A DNA stretch of 63,779 nucleotides, the filler included, from Octopus bimaculoides (taxonomy: Eukaryota), in NCBI RefSeq assembly GCF_001194135.2. It is 4 parts of 2 records of this genome, joined end to end, with 100 filler letters (N's around TTAATTAATTAA, not from the genome) between each part and the next. Parts side by side here need not be neighbours in the genome. Positions count along the whole stretch, not along the records: positions 1 to 27,876 come from NC_068985.1; 3 more parts are not named here. One strand, written 5' to 3'. Within the stretch, counting starts at the first letter, position 1, and each line of letters begins with the position of its first letter. The position numbers and the translations under genes are program-made. The notes beneath the pieces were generated by a model. That model saw only the letters and a list, made by a program, of their open reading frames with translations, searched no databases and was not told the DNA's origin. This document shows positions 1-12,962 of the stretch, in pieces.

Positions 1-42
<42 letters not shown>
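1..42. repeat. (TAG)n microsatellite
   Basis: Perfect TAG triplets at the window start. Confidence 0.95.
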
Positions 43-266
43 CGATCGTGGGCCAACAGGAATGAGGAGGAGGGCAGAGACCATGTAGCTGACGCAGAGT
101 AATATGGGGGAAGGAGGGAGGGAGGGAAGGAGGGAGGGTGGGAGTTGGAGGAAGAAAACGACGAAGAAGAAAACAAAGAGAAAGAAGGTTTTAATGTAAA
201 AGAGAGTGACACTATAACATTGCGATGACAACTGACAATAAACATTTGTTTTGGTATATTTTACAG

Positions 267-347
267 AGTCAATCGGAGCCGAAAGTGACTCTACTTTTAC
301 AGAGGGACAAAGGGGCTCTCGGATTTAACATAATGGGCGGCTCTAAC
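267..347 (+). CDS. PDZRN3: Internal coding exon (81 nt, phase 0-0) encoding the N-terminal part of a PDZ domain; PDZRN3/PDZRN4 (Slip1/LNX3-4)-like
   Basis: Acceptor ttggtatattttacag (AG 265-266), branch-like actgac 231-236, donor AAC|gtaagt at 348. Translation SQSEPKVTLLLQRDKGALGFNIMGGSN has the GLGF loop and resembles remembered PDZRN3 PDZ1 TLVLHRDSGSLGFNIIGG. PDZRN3 versus PDZRN4 cannot be resolved from 27 aa. Confidence 0.8.
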
Positions 348-354
348 GTAAGTA

Positions 355-874
355 AAATCATTCATTATCATTATTATTGTAGTTGTTGTCGTCGTCACTG
401 TCATCGTTTTCGTCATCGTCAATGGCGTATTCGGATTGTTTTGACTATTTTTTTTTTTTTGGTCATCATGGATAATAATCATTGATATCTTTATTAATAT
501 CATTTTTGTCATCGTTTTGTCATGGCTAACTTCAATGTATTTTTCGACCTTAATATTCATCGTTAAAAAAAAACAAAAAAAAACGTCATTTTTGCTATCG
601 ATAATCTCGTTGTTTTGTTTCTTTCTTTTTTTTTCGTTAATATAACCGTTTTTTGTCATCATCAGCAAATTGTTTTTGTGTCATCGTTAATTTAATATAG
701 TGCTTTTGTCATGGTTGACAGCATCACTTTTCCTTTGTTTATTTTTATTTTTTGTCATCACTAACATCGTTCTCATTTTTTTTTCATCATTATGTACAAT
801 TGTTTTTGTCATTGCTGTTGTCTTCATTGTCGTTGTCATCGTTTTTATTCTTACTCTTATCCTCCTCCTCTTCC

Positions 875-915
<41 letters not shown>

Positions 916-1100
916 GTCGTCGTCATTGACTAAGTGATGTTACAGACGGCTTCAAAGTAAGCCAGCATTGTTTCTATTGTTATCATTACCTTTACCATTG
1001 TCATCATCATCATCATCTTCATCGTTGTTTGTCGCCGATGTTGTTATCGATATCGTCGTCGTCATTTTCATTGATATTATCATTGTTACTGTCATCAATG
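355..1100. repeat. Degenerate (TCA/TCG/TTG)n low-complexity tract with recurrent TTTTGTCAT motif
   Basis: (CAT)n run at ~875-915 and repeated ttttgtcat words between ~500 and 815. Confidence 0.8.
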
Positions 1101-3726
1101 TTCTAGATGGCTTAAACCTAAGTTCACCTTTACAGTAAGACTCACAATTTGATCCTTGGGTTATTCATTTCTCGTCGCAAGCACCGAACCAAGATAAAAC
1201 AGCTTGCTATATTGGATATCTGTACAGTAACCTATCCTGCTAGTACTAAGTGACTGGAGAGATTAGCCAGAAAAGTCACATTAGCAGAAACATATCTAAA
1301 TTAAGACGATAGAAAGACAGAAGCTTTGTGATATAGTCAGAAAAACATTCGCGCAGCAATAAACAGATTCGTTGGTTCCCGTCAGCGAGGCTGTTTCTCT
1401 TGTCTGTCTTCAAATATGTGCTCATAATATGCAATAGCATGTAACCGCGCAGTCAGTTTCATAACCAGATCAGTTAAACTGATGAGTTCGCTTCTTGTGT
1501 GGTTAGGGAAAAGCCCAACAGCTGTCTAAGCAGTGGCACACTCTGTCAGTATCCTGCATGCGCTGAGAGAATGTACCAAGGCGAACCAAGACAGGCTGCA
1601 GCCCTGGCATCTCTCTTCAGCCGGACAGTCCTCTCATCGTCTCAACACAGTATTGCCATGGATATAAGAGCTTTGAAGATTAAGCACTGTAGAGATCGAA
1701 TTTGTGACTCTGGTGTGTCAGAAATCATGAAAGCTTCTTTGGCAGCCAAGGGAAAATCGACTAAAAAATATCACCTATCATTTAGATTTAAACCTAAACA
1801 TTTAACTTATAATAAGATCCATGAGTTATTTCCTGTTACAAACGTCGATCCAAGGTGGGATACTTCATTATGTTTGGCTTAACTTGGAATAGCTAATTTG
1901 CACATTATTTCGGTATCCGGAAAACTCATCGCTGTAAATTCAGTGCAAGTAATTATATCGAGGTAAATACATGACTATAACTTCATCGCTGGATAATTTA
2001 ATTTCATCGCAAGCCAATACATCTTCGATAAATTCATTGTCATCCTTTTTAACTGTGGAGAAAATGCATCGCTAAACTTTAAAGTACTTCTTTTATTCTC
2101 AGAGTACATATATTGCTTTTCGTTAATAATGAAAATATAATTTTTTTCGTACTTCGTTCACTAATAACAGACTAGCAGACATGATTTTCTGCTTTGGTTT
2201 TTGTTTTTGCCTTGTTTTTTTTTTTTTGTTTTTGCCTTTTTTTTTTTGTTGTTGTTCTTTTCATGGTGTTATAATTTTTAAACTGCTAAATAAAATGTGC
2301 AGATTGACTTTTCAACTGAAACACCAAGGAAAGTGTACATAATTATTTTCAAAACAGTATTGAATGATAAAATACTGCGAGTCTTTCTTTATTCCCAAAT
2401 GATCGTAAAATGCTATTTTAGTTTTTATGCGCTTGACGATAAACTAAGTAAATTATGTTATTAATACTGGCAACTTTTTTAAAAAATATAACAATAGAGT
2501 CTTAATTCATTATATTTTAATTCGCCCTAATGAGGAAATAATGACAATAAGTCTCAGAGTAAATAACTATAGCGTTTCATTAACAATGTAAAAAGGAATT
2601 TAAAGACAAAAACGAGTTATTGGGAAATTTACTCAATATATACATAAATATATACATGAAATAAAATCCCAAAAAGATAATGCAGTTAAAAGAAAGATAA
2701 CACTATTTTAAAATTGGAGGAAGGAAGGAAGAAACATTAAAAAAGATAAATTGTGAGTAATGCCGCTTAAATAATACATTATTTTGCCATATTGATAATC
2801 ATTGATGTTGTCTGAAACTCTTACAGCGTAATTTTTTATCTTTCGTTTTGTGATATGGAATATAAACACTAGCGATATGATGTTTAATTCTTATTTGGTA
2901 TCTTTATTCTTTTCTGTTTATCCAAATTTCTAAAAGTTTCTAGATAATAGGATGCAAAATTTGGGCCGTTAAATTTCTTTTTCATTGCGAATGAAATACG
3001 CCGAATTAATTCTGTGAATAAAAGACATTAAATAATATTCAGCGATGTATTTATTCAGCGGATCAAAAAGGTGGTTCGATGAATTTACCGAAGATGTATT
3101 TGGATTACGAAGCAATTACAAAGAAATAAAAATTCGCTGTGAATGTGTACTAATGTGTACACACACATACACACATGTGTGTATATTTGCTTATATATGT
3201 GTATATGTCTGTGTATGCGTCTAAGGTTGTGTGTGCGCGGGCGTGCGTGTGTGTTTCTATTGTTCCTCTTTATTTTTCGATCTTTCCTCTCGATGTATTT
3301 AAACTAGTAACGGTTTTCTGATTAACATAGCGGATCAGGATTTGGGCAAACACAGTTATAAAATTAATTTTACCTTAAATTTATTTAATTTGATTTAAAC
3401 TATGTATCACGATTATGTAATTATATATTTAATGCTGTCTATCTTAATGAAACAACTGTTGAGCAGAATTGATGCATGAACTATACGTTTAATTTATACT
3501 TTTCTACTTTTATGTTAAATATGCTATTTTTAAAAGTTGTTTTAACCAATTATGTATACACATGCAAGTTGGTTCCACTTGGATTTACTTTAGTGAAATA
3601 ACATGCTGGAGTTTAATGACCTGTTATCAATTAAGCTCTTAATTACTGTGGATTTTTCTTTGGTGCTTATACATCAATTCTGTCAACGGGATTGCAGTCC
3701 ACACAGTATCATGGTACAGTATAATT

Positions 3727-4111
3727 TGTTGCTGGCACTCCGTCGCTTACGACGTCGTGGGTTCCAGTTGATCTGATCAACGGAACAGCCTGCTCGTGAA
3801 ATTAACGTGCAAGTGGCTGAGCACTCCACAGACACGTATACCCTTAACGTAGTTCTCGGAGATATTCAGTGTGACACAGTGTGACAAGGCTGACTCTTTG
3901 AATTACAGGCACAACAGAAACAGGAAGTAAGAGTGAGAGAAAGTTGTGGTGAAAGAGTACAGCAGGGTTCGCCACCATCCCTTGCCAGAGCCTCGCGGAG
4001 CTTTAGGTGTTTTCGCTCAATAAACACTCACAACGCCCGGTCTGGGAATCGAAACCGCGATCCTACGGCCGCGAGTCCGCTGCCCCAACCACTGGGCCAT
4101 TGCGCCACCAC
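3727..4111 (-). mobile_element. tRNA-derived SINE, family C, near full length
   Basis: Reverse complement begins gtggtggcgcaatggcccagtggttggggcagcggactc...ggtttcgattccc (A and B boxes). Highly similar to the + copy at 13501-13871. Confidence 0.9.
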
Positions 4112-4209
4112 ACAGTATAATATACGTAGTTGATCTATGCAGTAGATATATATCTAAAAGGGAAAATTTAACTAGTTTTCCGAAGATTGAAAAGATGATG
4201 AAAGTTGAG

Positions 4210-4447
<238 letters not shown>

Positions 4448-4559
4448 TGGGTTGTGGTGGCGGTAGTTGTTTTGGTGGTGGAGAAGGAGGATCTCCGCCA
4501 TTCAACAGTGATGGTTCAGGTGTTCTACCAACTGAATTATCCACGCCTGAGTTAACACA

Positions 4560-4920
4560 TTTAATCAATATGACAAAGTGTTTGTGACAAAGCTGTACAC
4601 TTCGAATTAGGGGTACAATCCACTCGATGGACTTCAACACACTTCCCACCTGTTCAGCATGGTTTCCTGGTCCCTTGTTCTGAAGGTTCTCAGAATTCAT
4701 CCAGCCATTCACCTGCACTCTGCCACCATCTTGGTGACATGCATGTGAAACAAGGCATCGTTGCTCATATCAATCCGAAAATCGCGCACCGTATGTGATT
4801 CTAGGATTTCCTCTCCTTTTGGTCCAAAGTATCGTTGTTGTGACTTCTGAGCACCTATTAGCTGGTAGCGGAGGGCTTGGAATTTACATTAAATTGCATG
4901 TTGTTGTCCTCAGCCCACAT
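4560..4920 (-). pseudogene. Decayed CR1-type LINE reverse-transcriptase C-terminal fragment
   Basis: Minus-strand translation with a frameshift and stops: WAEDNNMQFN / KFQALRY...TVRDFRIDMSNDALFHMH...R*MAG*ILRTFRTRDQETML, matching the CR1-clade pattern W...N.M.FN..KF...VRDLGI...GWILRTF..R. Confidence 0.75.
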
Positions 4921-5170
4921 ATATATAGTAATGTAGGTGCTATCCTGCACTCAGAGTCACCGTTAGAGACAATTGCATTCTTCCTTTTTGGTTTCATATC
5001 GCTTATAGCCACCTTCGTTATTCTATAATTCTCACATTAGCATTTTGCTGATTCATCCACTGATTCATATGGTAAATACTTTATACTGACAGTCGGGATT
5101 TGACCGAACCGTTCAGCGATGGAGTAGTCATCACTGAAGGGCTTTACTTTCAAACGAAACTACAATTCTA

Positions 5171-6309
5171 TTAGGTTGTCAAGAAAGTTCTTGCGGTTTT
5201 TAACTTTTAAATTCAGATGCACATATCTCAACTCAGACAAAACTTTATTAATCGAAATAAACACCATCGGAATCGACACACATTTGCCAACGCGAAACAA
5301 GTTTATTTATGCCAGTAGCGTAAAAATCCTGCGTTCTGGTGGCGATGAAGTCGTTGAAGGCGTGTTTGGCATCGTCTTGGCTTTTGAAGCATTCTCACGC
5401 TGAAAGTTGTCGAGTGGCTTGAAAAAGAGATTGTCGGTAGGCGAGAGGTCTGGAGAGTATGGCGGATGAGGCAGAGCTTCGTAGCCCAATTCGTTCAAAT
5501 TCTGCGGCCGAGCATTGTCGTGGAGAAGAATTGGTCCTTTTCTATTGACCAATGCTGGCTGTTGTTGTCGGAGTTTCTTATGCATTTCATCCATTNNNNN
5601 NNNNNNNNNNNNNNNNNNNNNNNNNNNNNNNNNNNNNNNNNNNNNNNNNNNNNNNNNNNNNNNNNNNNNNNNNNNNNNNNNNNNNNNNNNNNNNNNNNNN
5701 NNNNNNNNNNNNNNNNNNNNNNNNNNNNNNNNNNNNNNNNNNNNNNNNNNNNNNNNNNNNNNNNNNNNNNNNNNNNNNNNNNNNNNNNNNNNNNNNNNNN
5801 NNNNNNNNNNNNNNNNNNNNNNNNNNNNNNNNNNNNNNNNNNNNNNNNNNNNNNNNNNNNNNNNNNNNNNNNNNNNNNNNNNNNNNNNNNNNNNAAGGAA
5901 AGACGACACTTCAAAACGGGGTTTTGTTTTTGGTTGTCGTTCAATTCGTGCGGCACCCATTTCTCAAGTATTTTTGCTTTTCCAATCTCTTTCAAGTGGT
6001 TGGAAATTGTCGTATACGTTACGTCTAATTCAGAAGCAAGCTCTCGAACAGTTATGCGTGGATTGGCTTCGACTAAGGCTCTTAGTTGATCGTTGTGAAC
6101 ATCCAATGGCCGACCACTACTCTTATCATCTTCAAGACTCTCGTCACCACTGCGAAATTTCTTGAACCACCATTGTGCTGTACGTTCATTAGTGGTTCCT
6201 GGGCATCGTTGATATTGCGAGCTGTTTCAGCAGCTTTTCGGCCTAGCTTGAACTGGAATAAAAAAATTGTGCGAATTTCCTTTTTCTCCATGTTGTATTC
6301 AACGTTCCG
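5171..6309 (-). mobile_element. Mariner transposon (DD34D, cecropia/Hsmar1-like) with disrupted transposase; one ITR visible
   Basis: TA at 5169-5170 then ITR ttaggttgtcaagaaagttcttgcggtttt. CDS ~6291 to 5248 reads MEKKEIRTIFLFQFKLGRKAAETARNIN...KWVPHEL...GPILLHDNARP...HPPYSPDLSPTD...DFYATGINKLVSRWQMCVDSDGVYFD*. At least 3 frameshifts and a 7-aa deletion after HDNARP. The middle and the other ITR fall in gaps. Confidence 0.95.
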
Positions 6310-8661
6310 NNNNNNNNNNNNNNNNNNNNNNNNNNNNNNNNNNNNNNNNNNNNNNNNNNNNNNNNNNNNNNNNNNNNNNNNNNNNNNNNNNNNNNNNNNN
6401 NNNNNNNNNNNNNNNNNNNNNNNNNNNNNNNNNNNNNNNNNNNNNNNNNNNNNNNNNNNNNNNNNNNNNNNNNNNNNNNNNNNNNNNNNNNNNNNNNNNN
6501 NNNNNNNNNNNNNNNNNNNNNNNNNNNNNNNNNNNNNNNNNNNNNNNNNNNNNNNNNNNNNNNNNNNNNNNNNNNNNNNNNNNNNNNNNNNNNNNNNNNN
6601 NNNNNNNNNNNNNNNNNNNNNNNNNNNNNNNNNNNNNNNNNNNNNNNNNNNNNNNNNNNNNNNNNNNNNNNNNNNNNNNNNNNNNNNNNNNNNNNNNNNN
6701 NNNNNNNNNNNNNNNNNNNNNNNNNNNNNNNNNNNNNNNNNNNNNNNNNNNNNNNNNNNNNNNNNNNNNNNNNNNNNNNNNNNNNNNNNNNNNNNNNNNN
6801 NNNNNNNNNNNNNNNNNNNNNNNNNNNNNNNNNNNNNNNNNNNNNNNNNNNNNNNNNNNNNNNNNNNNNNNNNNNNNNNNNNNNNNNNNNNNNNNNNNNN
6901 NNNNNNNNNNNNNNNNNNNNNNNNNNNNNNNNNNNNNNNNNNNNNNNNNNNNNNNNNNNNNNNNNNNNNNNNNNNNNNNNNNNNNNNNNNNNNNNNNNNN
7001 NNNNNNNNNNNNNNNNNNNNNNNNNNNNNNNNNNNNNNNNNNNNNNNNNNNNNNNNNNNNNNNNNNNNNNNNNNNNNNNNNNNNNNNNNNNNNNNNNNNN
7101 NNNNNNNNNNNNNNNNNNNNNNNNNNNNNNNNNNNNNNNNNNNNNNNNNNNNNNNNNNNNNNNNNNNNNNNNNNNNNNNNNNNNNNNNNNNNNNNNNNNN
7201 NNNNNNNNNNNNNNNNNNNNNNNNNNNNNNNNNNNNNNNNNNNNNNNNNNNNNNNNNNNNNNNNNNNNNNNNNNNNNNNNNNNNNNNNNNNNNNNNNNNN
7301 NNNNNTATATATATATATATATATATATATGCGTATGTGTGTGTGTATGTATTTGAGTAAATGAAAATTACTGTTACCGATGAATGAGCGAAATAAAAGC
7401 AATTAGGTGGATATCTGTTTAGGAAAGTGTGTATATGTGTGCATGCGTGTGCGTGTACGTGTTTAAGCGTGGATGTTTGTGTGTGTGTCTGTATGTATGT
7501 GTGCTATTAGTGAATATATAGATAACCGGAGACATATTGATGGTATGAGTCAGGATAAAAGAATTACGGTTACTCTGGCTGATCCCTAAATAAATAAATA
7601 AATAAATAAATAAACATGGAGTGAGATTATCTGAAAATCTTTTCTAAACTTTATGTAGCAATGTTTACATCTTGACATGCTTAAAATCAGAGAACGGCAG
7701 CTTCCTCTCTATAAGTTTTAACAAAACCGCGAGAGGATAATTAGTCAGCATGATGCTGGTTAATTATTGTAAAATTTTTGAATTTCTGATGAAGCTACAG
7801 GGTGATACACAAGCACTCAACCATGAGTGCATTGCATCTTATAGCAGAAACAGCTGTAAGCTAATGAAGTTCATGACGTCATTTCTTATTCCCTTGTCAT
7901 TTATTTTATTTCTCATATATATATATGTGTGTGTGTGNNNNNNNNNNNNNNNNNNNNNNNNNNNNNNNNNNNNNNNNNNNNNNNNNNNNNNNNNNNNNNN
8001 NNNNNNNNNNNNNNNNNNNNNNNNNNNNNNNNNNNNNNNNNNNNNNNNNNNNNNNNNNNNNNNNNNNNNNNNNNNNNNNNNNNNNNNNNNNNNNNNNNNN
8101 NNNNNNNNNNNNNNNNNNNNNNNNNNNNNNNNNNNNNNNNNNNNNNNNNNNNNNNNNNNNNNNNNNNNNNNNNNNNNNNNNNNNNNNNNNNNNNNNNNNN
8201 NNNNNNNNNNNNNNNNNNNNNNNNNNNNNNNNNNNNNNNNNNNNNNNNNNNNNNNNNNNNNNNNNNNNNNNNNNNNNNNNNNNNNNNNNNNNNNNNNNNN
8301 NNNNNNNNNNNNNNNNNNNNNNNNNNNNNNNNNNNNNNNNNNNNNNNNNNNNNNNNNNNNNNNNNNNNNNNNNNNNNNNNNNNNNNNNNNNNNNNNNNNN
8401 NNNNNNNNNNNNNNNNNNNNNNNNNNNNNNNNNNNNNNNNNNNNNNNNNNNNNNNNNNNNNNNNNNNNNNNNNNNNNNNNNNNNNNNNNNNNNNNNNNNN
8501 NNNNNNNNNNNNNNNNNNNNNNNNNNNNNNNNNNNNNNNNNNNNNNNNNNNNNNNNNNNNNNNNNNNNNNNNNNNNNNNNNNNNNNNNNNNNNNNNNNNN
8601 NNNNNNNNNNNNNNNNNNNNNNNNNNNNNNNNNNNNNNNNNNNNNNNNNNNNNNNNNATAT

Positions 8662-8880
8662 ATAAGGGTAAAAACCTCCTTCGGTCATGAATGACCATGG
8701 GATTGCACCAAGAAAGTTCCCCTTCGAGGCAAGGTTTTTTTATGGAAGACCAGCAGTCACCCATGCATACCAATCTCCCCTCTCTACGCCACTGATCTTG
8801 TCCCAGGCAGAGGCAAAAGCCGATATATCTTGGCACCAGCGACGTCGCAACTCATTTCTACAGCCGAGAGAACAGCCACT
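8662..8880 (-). mobile_element. SINE 3' fragment
   Basis: ggaagaccagcagtcacccatgcatacc...cttggcaccagcgacgtcgcaactcatttctacagc recalled as the reverse strand of an abundant octopus SINE body; next to a gap. Confidence 0.55.
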
Positions 8881-9238
8881 TACACGTTAATTTCCCGTGT
8901 AGAAATTTAGTTTGTCAAACAAGTGAATGCTCATCGTAGAAAACTGACTGAGAACCCATCAGGTATACTACGAAATATACTGTTAAGTATATGGTTTGAT
9001 CACTCGCGTAATTCCTCTGCATTCATTGAACGTTCTAGAAAATACATGTGTGTATGTGTGTATGTGTGTAAGTATAAGCGTGTCTGTATGTGTATGTGCG
9101 TGTGTATGAGCATGTGCGTGTGTGTGTGAGTATGTGTGTGTGTTTGTGTGTGGGTGTATACGTGCGTTTGTGTGGGCTTGTGTTCGGTATGGTGTTAGTG
9201 TGAATTTACGTTTATGATTTGAGCAAATGCCATAAAGG

Positions 9239-9275
<37 letters not shown>

Positions 9276-10279
9276 NNNNNNNNNNNNNNNNNNNNNNNNN
9301 NNNNNNNNNNNNNNNNNNNNNNNNNNNNNNNNNNNNNNNNNNNNNNNNNNNNNNNNNNNNNNNNNNNNNNNNNNNNNNNNNNNNNNNNNNNNNNNNNNNN
9401 NNNNNNNNNNNNNNNNNNNNNNNNNNNNNNNNNNNNNNNNNNNNNNNNNNNNNNNNNNNNNNNNNNNNNNNNNNNNNNNNNNNNNNNNNNNNNNNNNNNN
9501 NNNNNNNNNNNNNNNNNNNNNNNNNNNNNNNNNNNNNNNNNNNNNNNNNNNNNNNNNNNNNNNNNNNNNNNNNNNNNNNNNNNNNNNNNNNNNNNNNNNN
9601 NNNNNNNNNNNNNNNNNNNNNNNNNNNNNNNNNNNNNNNNNNNNNNNNNNNNNNNNNNNNNNNNNNNNNNNNNNNNNNNNNNNNNNNNNNNNNNNNNNNN
9701 NNNNNNNNNNNNNNNNNNNNNNNNNNNNNNNNNNNNNNNNNNNNNNNNNNNNNNNNNNNNNNNNNNNNNNNNNNNNNNNNNNNNNNNNNNNNNNNNNNNN
9801 NNNNNNNNNNNNNNNNNNNNNNNNNNNNNNNNNNNNNNNNNNNNNNNNNNNNNNNNNNNNNNNNNNNNNNNNNNNNNNNNNNNNNNNNATATATATATAT
9901 ATATATATATATACTATATACTATATGTACGTATATACAGTATACTTATATGCGTTTATATGTATGTATATGTCTGTAATTCTATGTGTATACGTATTCA
10001 ATTGCGGTTGTAGAAGTGTCAATGTCTGATACTTATTTCAAGCAAGGAGTCTTCATCCAATCTCGATGGCCACTTGAAATGGCTCTGACGACACACCATA
10101 ATTACTACTTTTAGTAAGACTTTGGCACCCATTTAATATTGATGCGCCACTCAGTGTAATTATTACTCTCAGTGAAATGTTCGTCAACTTTTATGTCCGT
10201 TCTTATATTGCTGTGCCGCTCTCTCACAAATAGCCAACCAGGGAGACTGTATATGGATGCTAGACATGCTAGAATTAAC

Positions 10280-10562
10280 AGTCGACTCTCGCTCTCTCTC
10301 GCTCTCTCTCTCTCACTCTCATACTCTCTTTCGCTCTCTCAGTATCTCTCTCTATCTGTCTCTTTGTCTCTTTCATTTTCTTTTTCTGTCTCTCTCGACT
10401 CTCTCTTCTTCTCTCTCTCCTTCTCGCTCTTTCTCTCTCTTTGTCTCTCTAATATCATCCTACAGTCTTTTCGCCCTTCTTTTCTCCTCCCTTCTCTCTC
10501 TTTCTCTCTTTCTCTCTTTCTCTTGTCTCTCATATCTCTCTCTGTCTCTGTATTTGTCTTTT

Positions 10563-10622
<60 letters not shown>

Positions 10623-10675
10623 CTCCCTCTCTCGATTCCCTCTCTCGACTCCCTCTCTCGACTCCCTCTCTCTTT
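10280..10675. repeat. CT-rich simple repeat ending in a 13-bp ctccctctctcga minisatellite
   Basis: Long (CT)n variants; 3-4 tandem 13-mers at ~10622-10672, cut by a gap. Confidence 0.85.
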
Positions 10676-11307
10676 NNNNNNNNNNNNNNNNNNNNNNNNN
10701 NNNNNNNNNNNNNNNNNNNNNNNNNNNNNNNNNNNNNNNNNNNNNNNNNNNNNNNNNNNNNNNNNNNNNNNNNNNNNNNNNNNNNNNNNNNNNNNNNNNN
10801 NNNNNNNNNNNNNNNNNNNNNNNNNNNNNNNNNNNNNNNNNNNNNNNNNNNNNNNNNNNNNNNNNNNNNNNNNNNNNNNNNNNNNNNNNNNNNNNNNNNN
10901 NNNNNNNNNNNNNNNNNNNNNNNNNNNNNNNNNNNNNNNNNNNNNNNNNNNNNNNNNNNNNNNNNNNNNNNNNNNNNNNNNNNNNNNNNNNNNNNNNNNN
11001 NNNNNNNNNNNNNNNNNNNNNNNNNNNNNNNNNNNNNNNNNNNNNNNNNNNNNNNNNNNNNNNNNNNNNNNNNNNNNNNNNNNNNNNNNNNNNNNNNNNN
11101 NNNNNNNNNNNNNNNNNNNNNNNNNNNNNNNNNNNNNNNNNNNNNNNNNNNNNNNNNNNNNNNNNNNNNNNNNNNNNNNNNNNNNNNNNNNNNNNNNNNN
11201 NNNNNNNNNNNNNNNNNNNNNNNNNNNNNNNNNNGATCTTGAGGTTATATCAGTAAACAAGAGTAGCCAGATAGTTGAATTGTATTTAGTTAAGCCCTTT
11301 TTTAATC

Positions 11308-11386
11308 CGGGGGTTCTCAAAACCACTGTTTTGCCTATGGACCCCTTTGGCACCTATTTTACTTTATTGGACCTCCCTAACCATTC

Positions 11387-11424
<38 letters not shown>

Positions 11425-11608
11425 AATTCTACTAAATAATTCTACTAAATAATAAATTTTTATTATTACATATAAGGAATTGTATTTTTTTTTAAATTAG
11501 ATTATTTTGTGTATTGTATAATTATAAGCAATTTATTTCACATAAATTTTAACAAAAAATGTTATATTGACCCACAAGGGCCATAAGAATTCTCGTTGAG
11601 AACCTCTG
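11308..11608. mobile_element. hAT (Charlie-like) MITE
   Basis: Termini cgggggttctcaaa and gttgagaacctctg match the CAG(T/G)GGTTCTCAA TIR type; body (ctatggacccctttg) shared with the 13289 element. Confidence 0.7.
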
Positions 11609-11879
11609 CTTCACATTTTATGATCAAAGCTCGCCTTTTATTATTTTGAGGTTGATAAAATTAAGTATTAGTCAAGTACTATGGTCAGTATAATCGACTG
11701 TATCTTCAACCCAAATTTAGTGACCATGTAACATGTTGGAAATCATTATTACTCATTTCTTTGATGCATATACCCAAAATAAGGGAAGACTTAATTGCGA
11801 AGTTCTTCGCCACACAAGTGTAACCTATCAACATAAATACTGTAGGCAGAAAGTATTTATTTTCGTCACACTATTATAA

Positions 11880-12962
11880 TCTATATATATAAAAATGAGA
11901 ATGTGTGTCTGTCTGTCTGTCTGTCTGTGTGAATCCCTAAAACTCGAGAACTACGCAACCAATTTCATTCAAATTTTACACATGCCTTACTTAGGGTTCC
12001 AGTTGTGTTTTAGTCAAAAAAAATTTTAACTTCTTGCAGAGTTCGAGCCCACAGCAACATAATATCTCCTCCACTATTTAAGTATTACGTGTCAAAAGTG
12101 AAACAAAAACGCTCATGTCAAATACTTTCACNNNNNNNNNNNNNNNNNNNNNNNNNNNNNNNNNNNNNNNNNNNNNNNNNNNNNNNNNNNNNNNNNNNNN
12201 NNNNNNNNNNNNNNNNNNNNNNNNNNNNNNNNNNNNNNNNNNNNNNNNNNNNNNNNNNNNNNNNNNNNNNNNNNNNNNNNNNNNNNNNNNNNNNNNNNNN
12301 NNNNNNNNNNNNNNNNNNNNNNNNNNNNNNNNNNNNNNNNNNNNNNNNNNNNNNNNNNNNNNNNNNNNNNNNNNNNNNNNNNNNNNNNNNNNNNNNNNNN
12401 NNNNNNNNNNNNNNNNNNNNNNNNNNNNNNNNNNNNNNNNNNNNNNNNNNNNNNNNNNNNNNNNNNNNNNNNNNNNNNNNNNNNNNNNNNNNNNNNNNNN
12501 NNNNNNNNNNNNNNNNNNNNNNNNNNNNNNNNNNNNNNNNNNNNNNNNNNNNNNNNNNNNNNNNNNNNNNNNNNNNNNNNNNNNNNNNNNNNNNNNNNNN
12601 NNNNNNNNNNNNNNNNNNNNNNNNNNNNNNNNNNNNNNNNNAAATGAGACGCATCTTTGCCTCCACTGATTCACTTGCAAAGTGTTGAGTAAAATTATTT
12701 CGTTGCAGACCTCCTTTGGGTCTTTTTATTATCACTACGACACACATAGTCCCCAGTTGGTAACATTGATTTCAAGGCCCTCCAAGATGAGAGACTGGCA
12801 TTCCACTTAATGTCTATGTTCCATGCTGGCATGGATTGGAGAGTTATTAATGTAGAAATATAGTATCGTAGCTACTAACAGTTGAGGGTTGCGTAGTCTA
12901 GACGGCGTTTTTAGATTTCATTATTCTCTTTAACCCGGGCAAAGCCGGGTATTTCTGCTAGT
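11880..12962 (+). mobile_element. Non-autonomous Helitron-like element
   Basis: 5' A|TCTATATATATAAAA, internal (TGTC)n, 3' hairpin ACCCGG-gcaaag-CCGGGT (12933-12950), then CTAG (12958-12961) followed by T. Centre is a gap. Confidence 0.75.

Noticed and set aside
225-485. 86-aa ORF as a complete gene
   Set aside because: Only 267-347 is PDZ-like and bounded by splice sites; the rest is intron read-through.
1499-1882. 127-aa non-repetitive ORF
   Set aside because: No recognisable motif or convincing splice boundaries; length is within chance.
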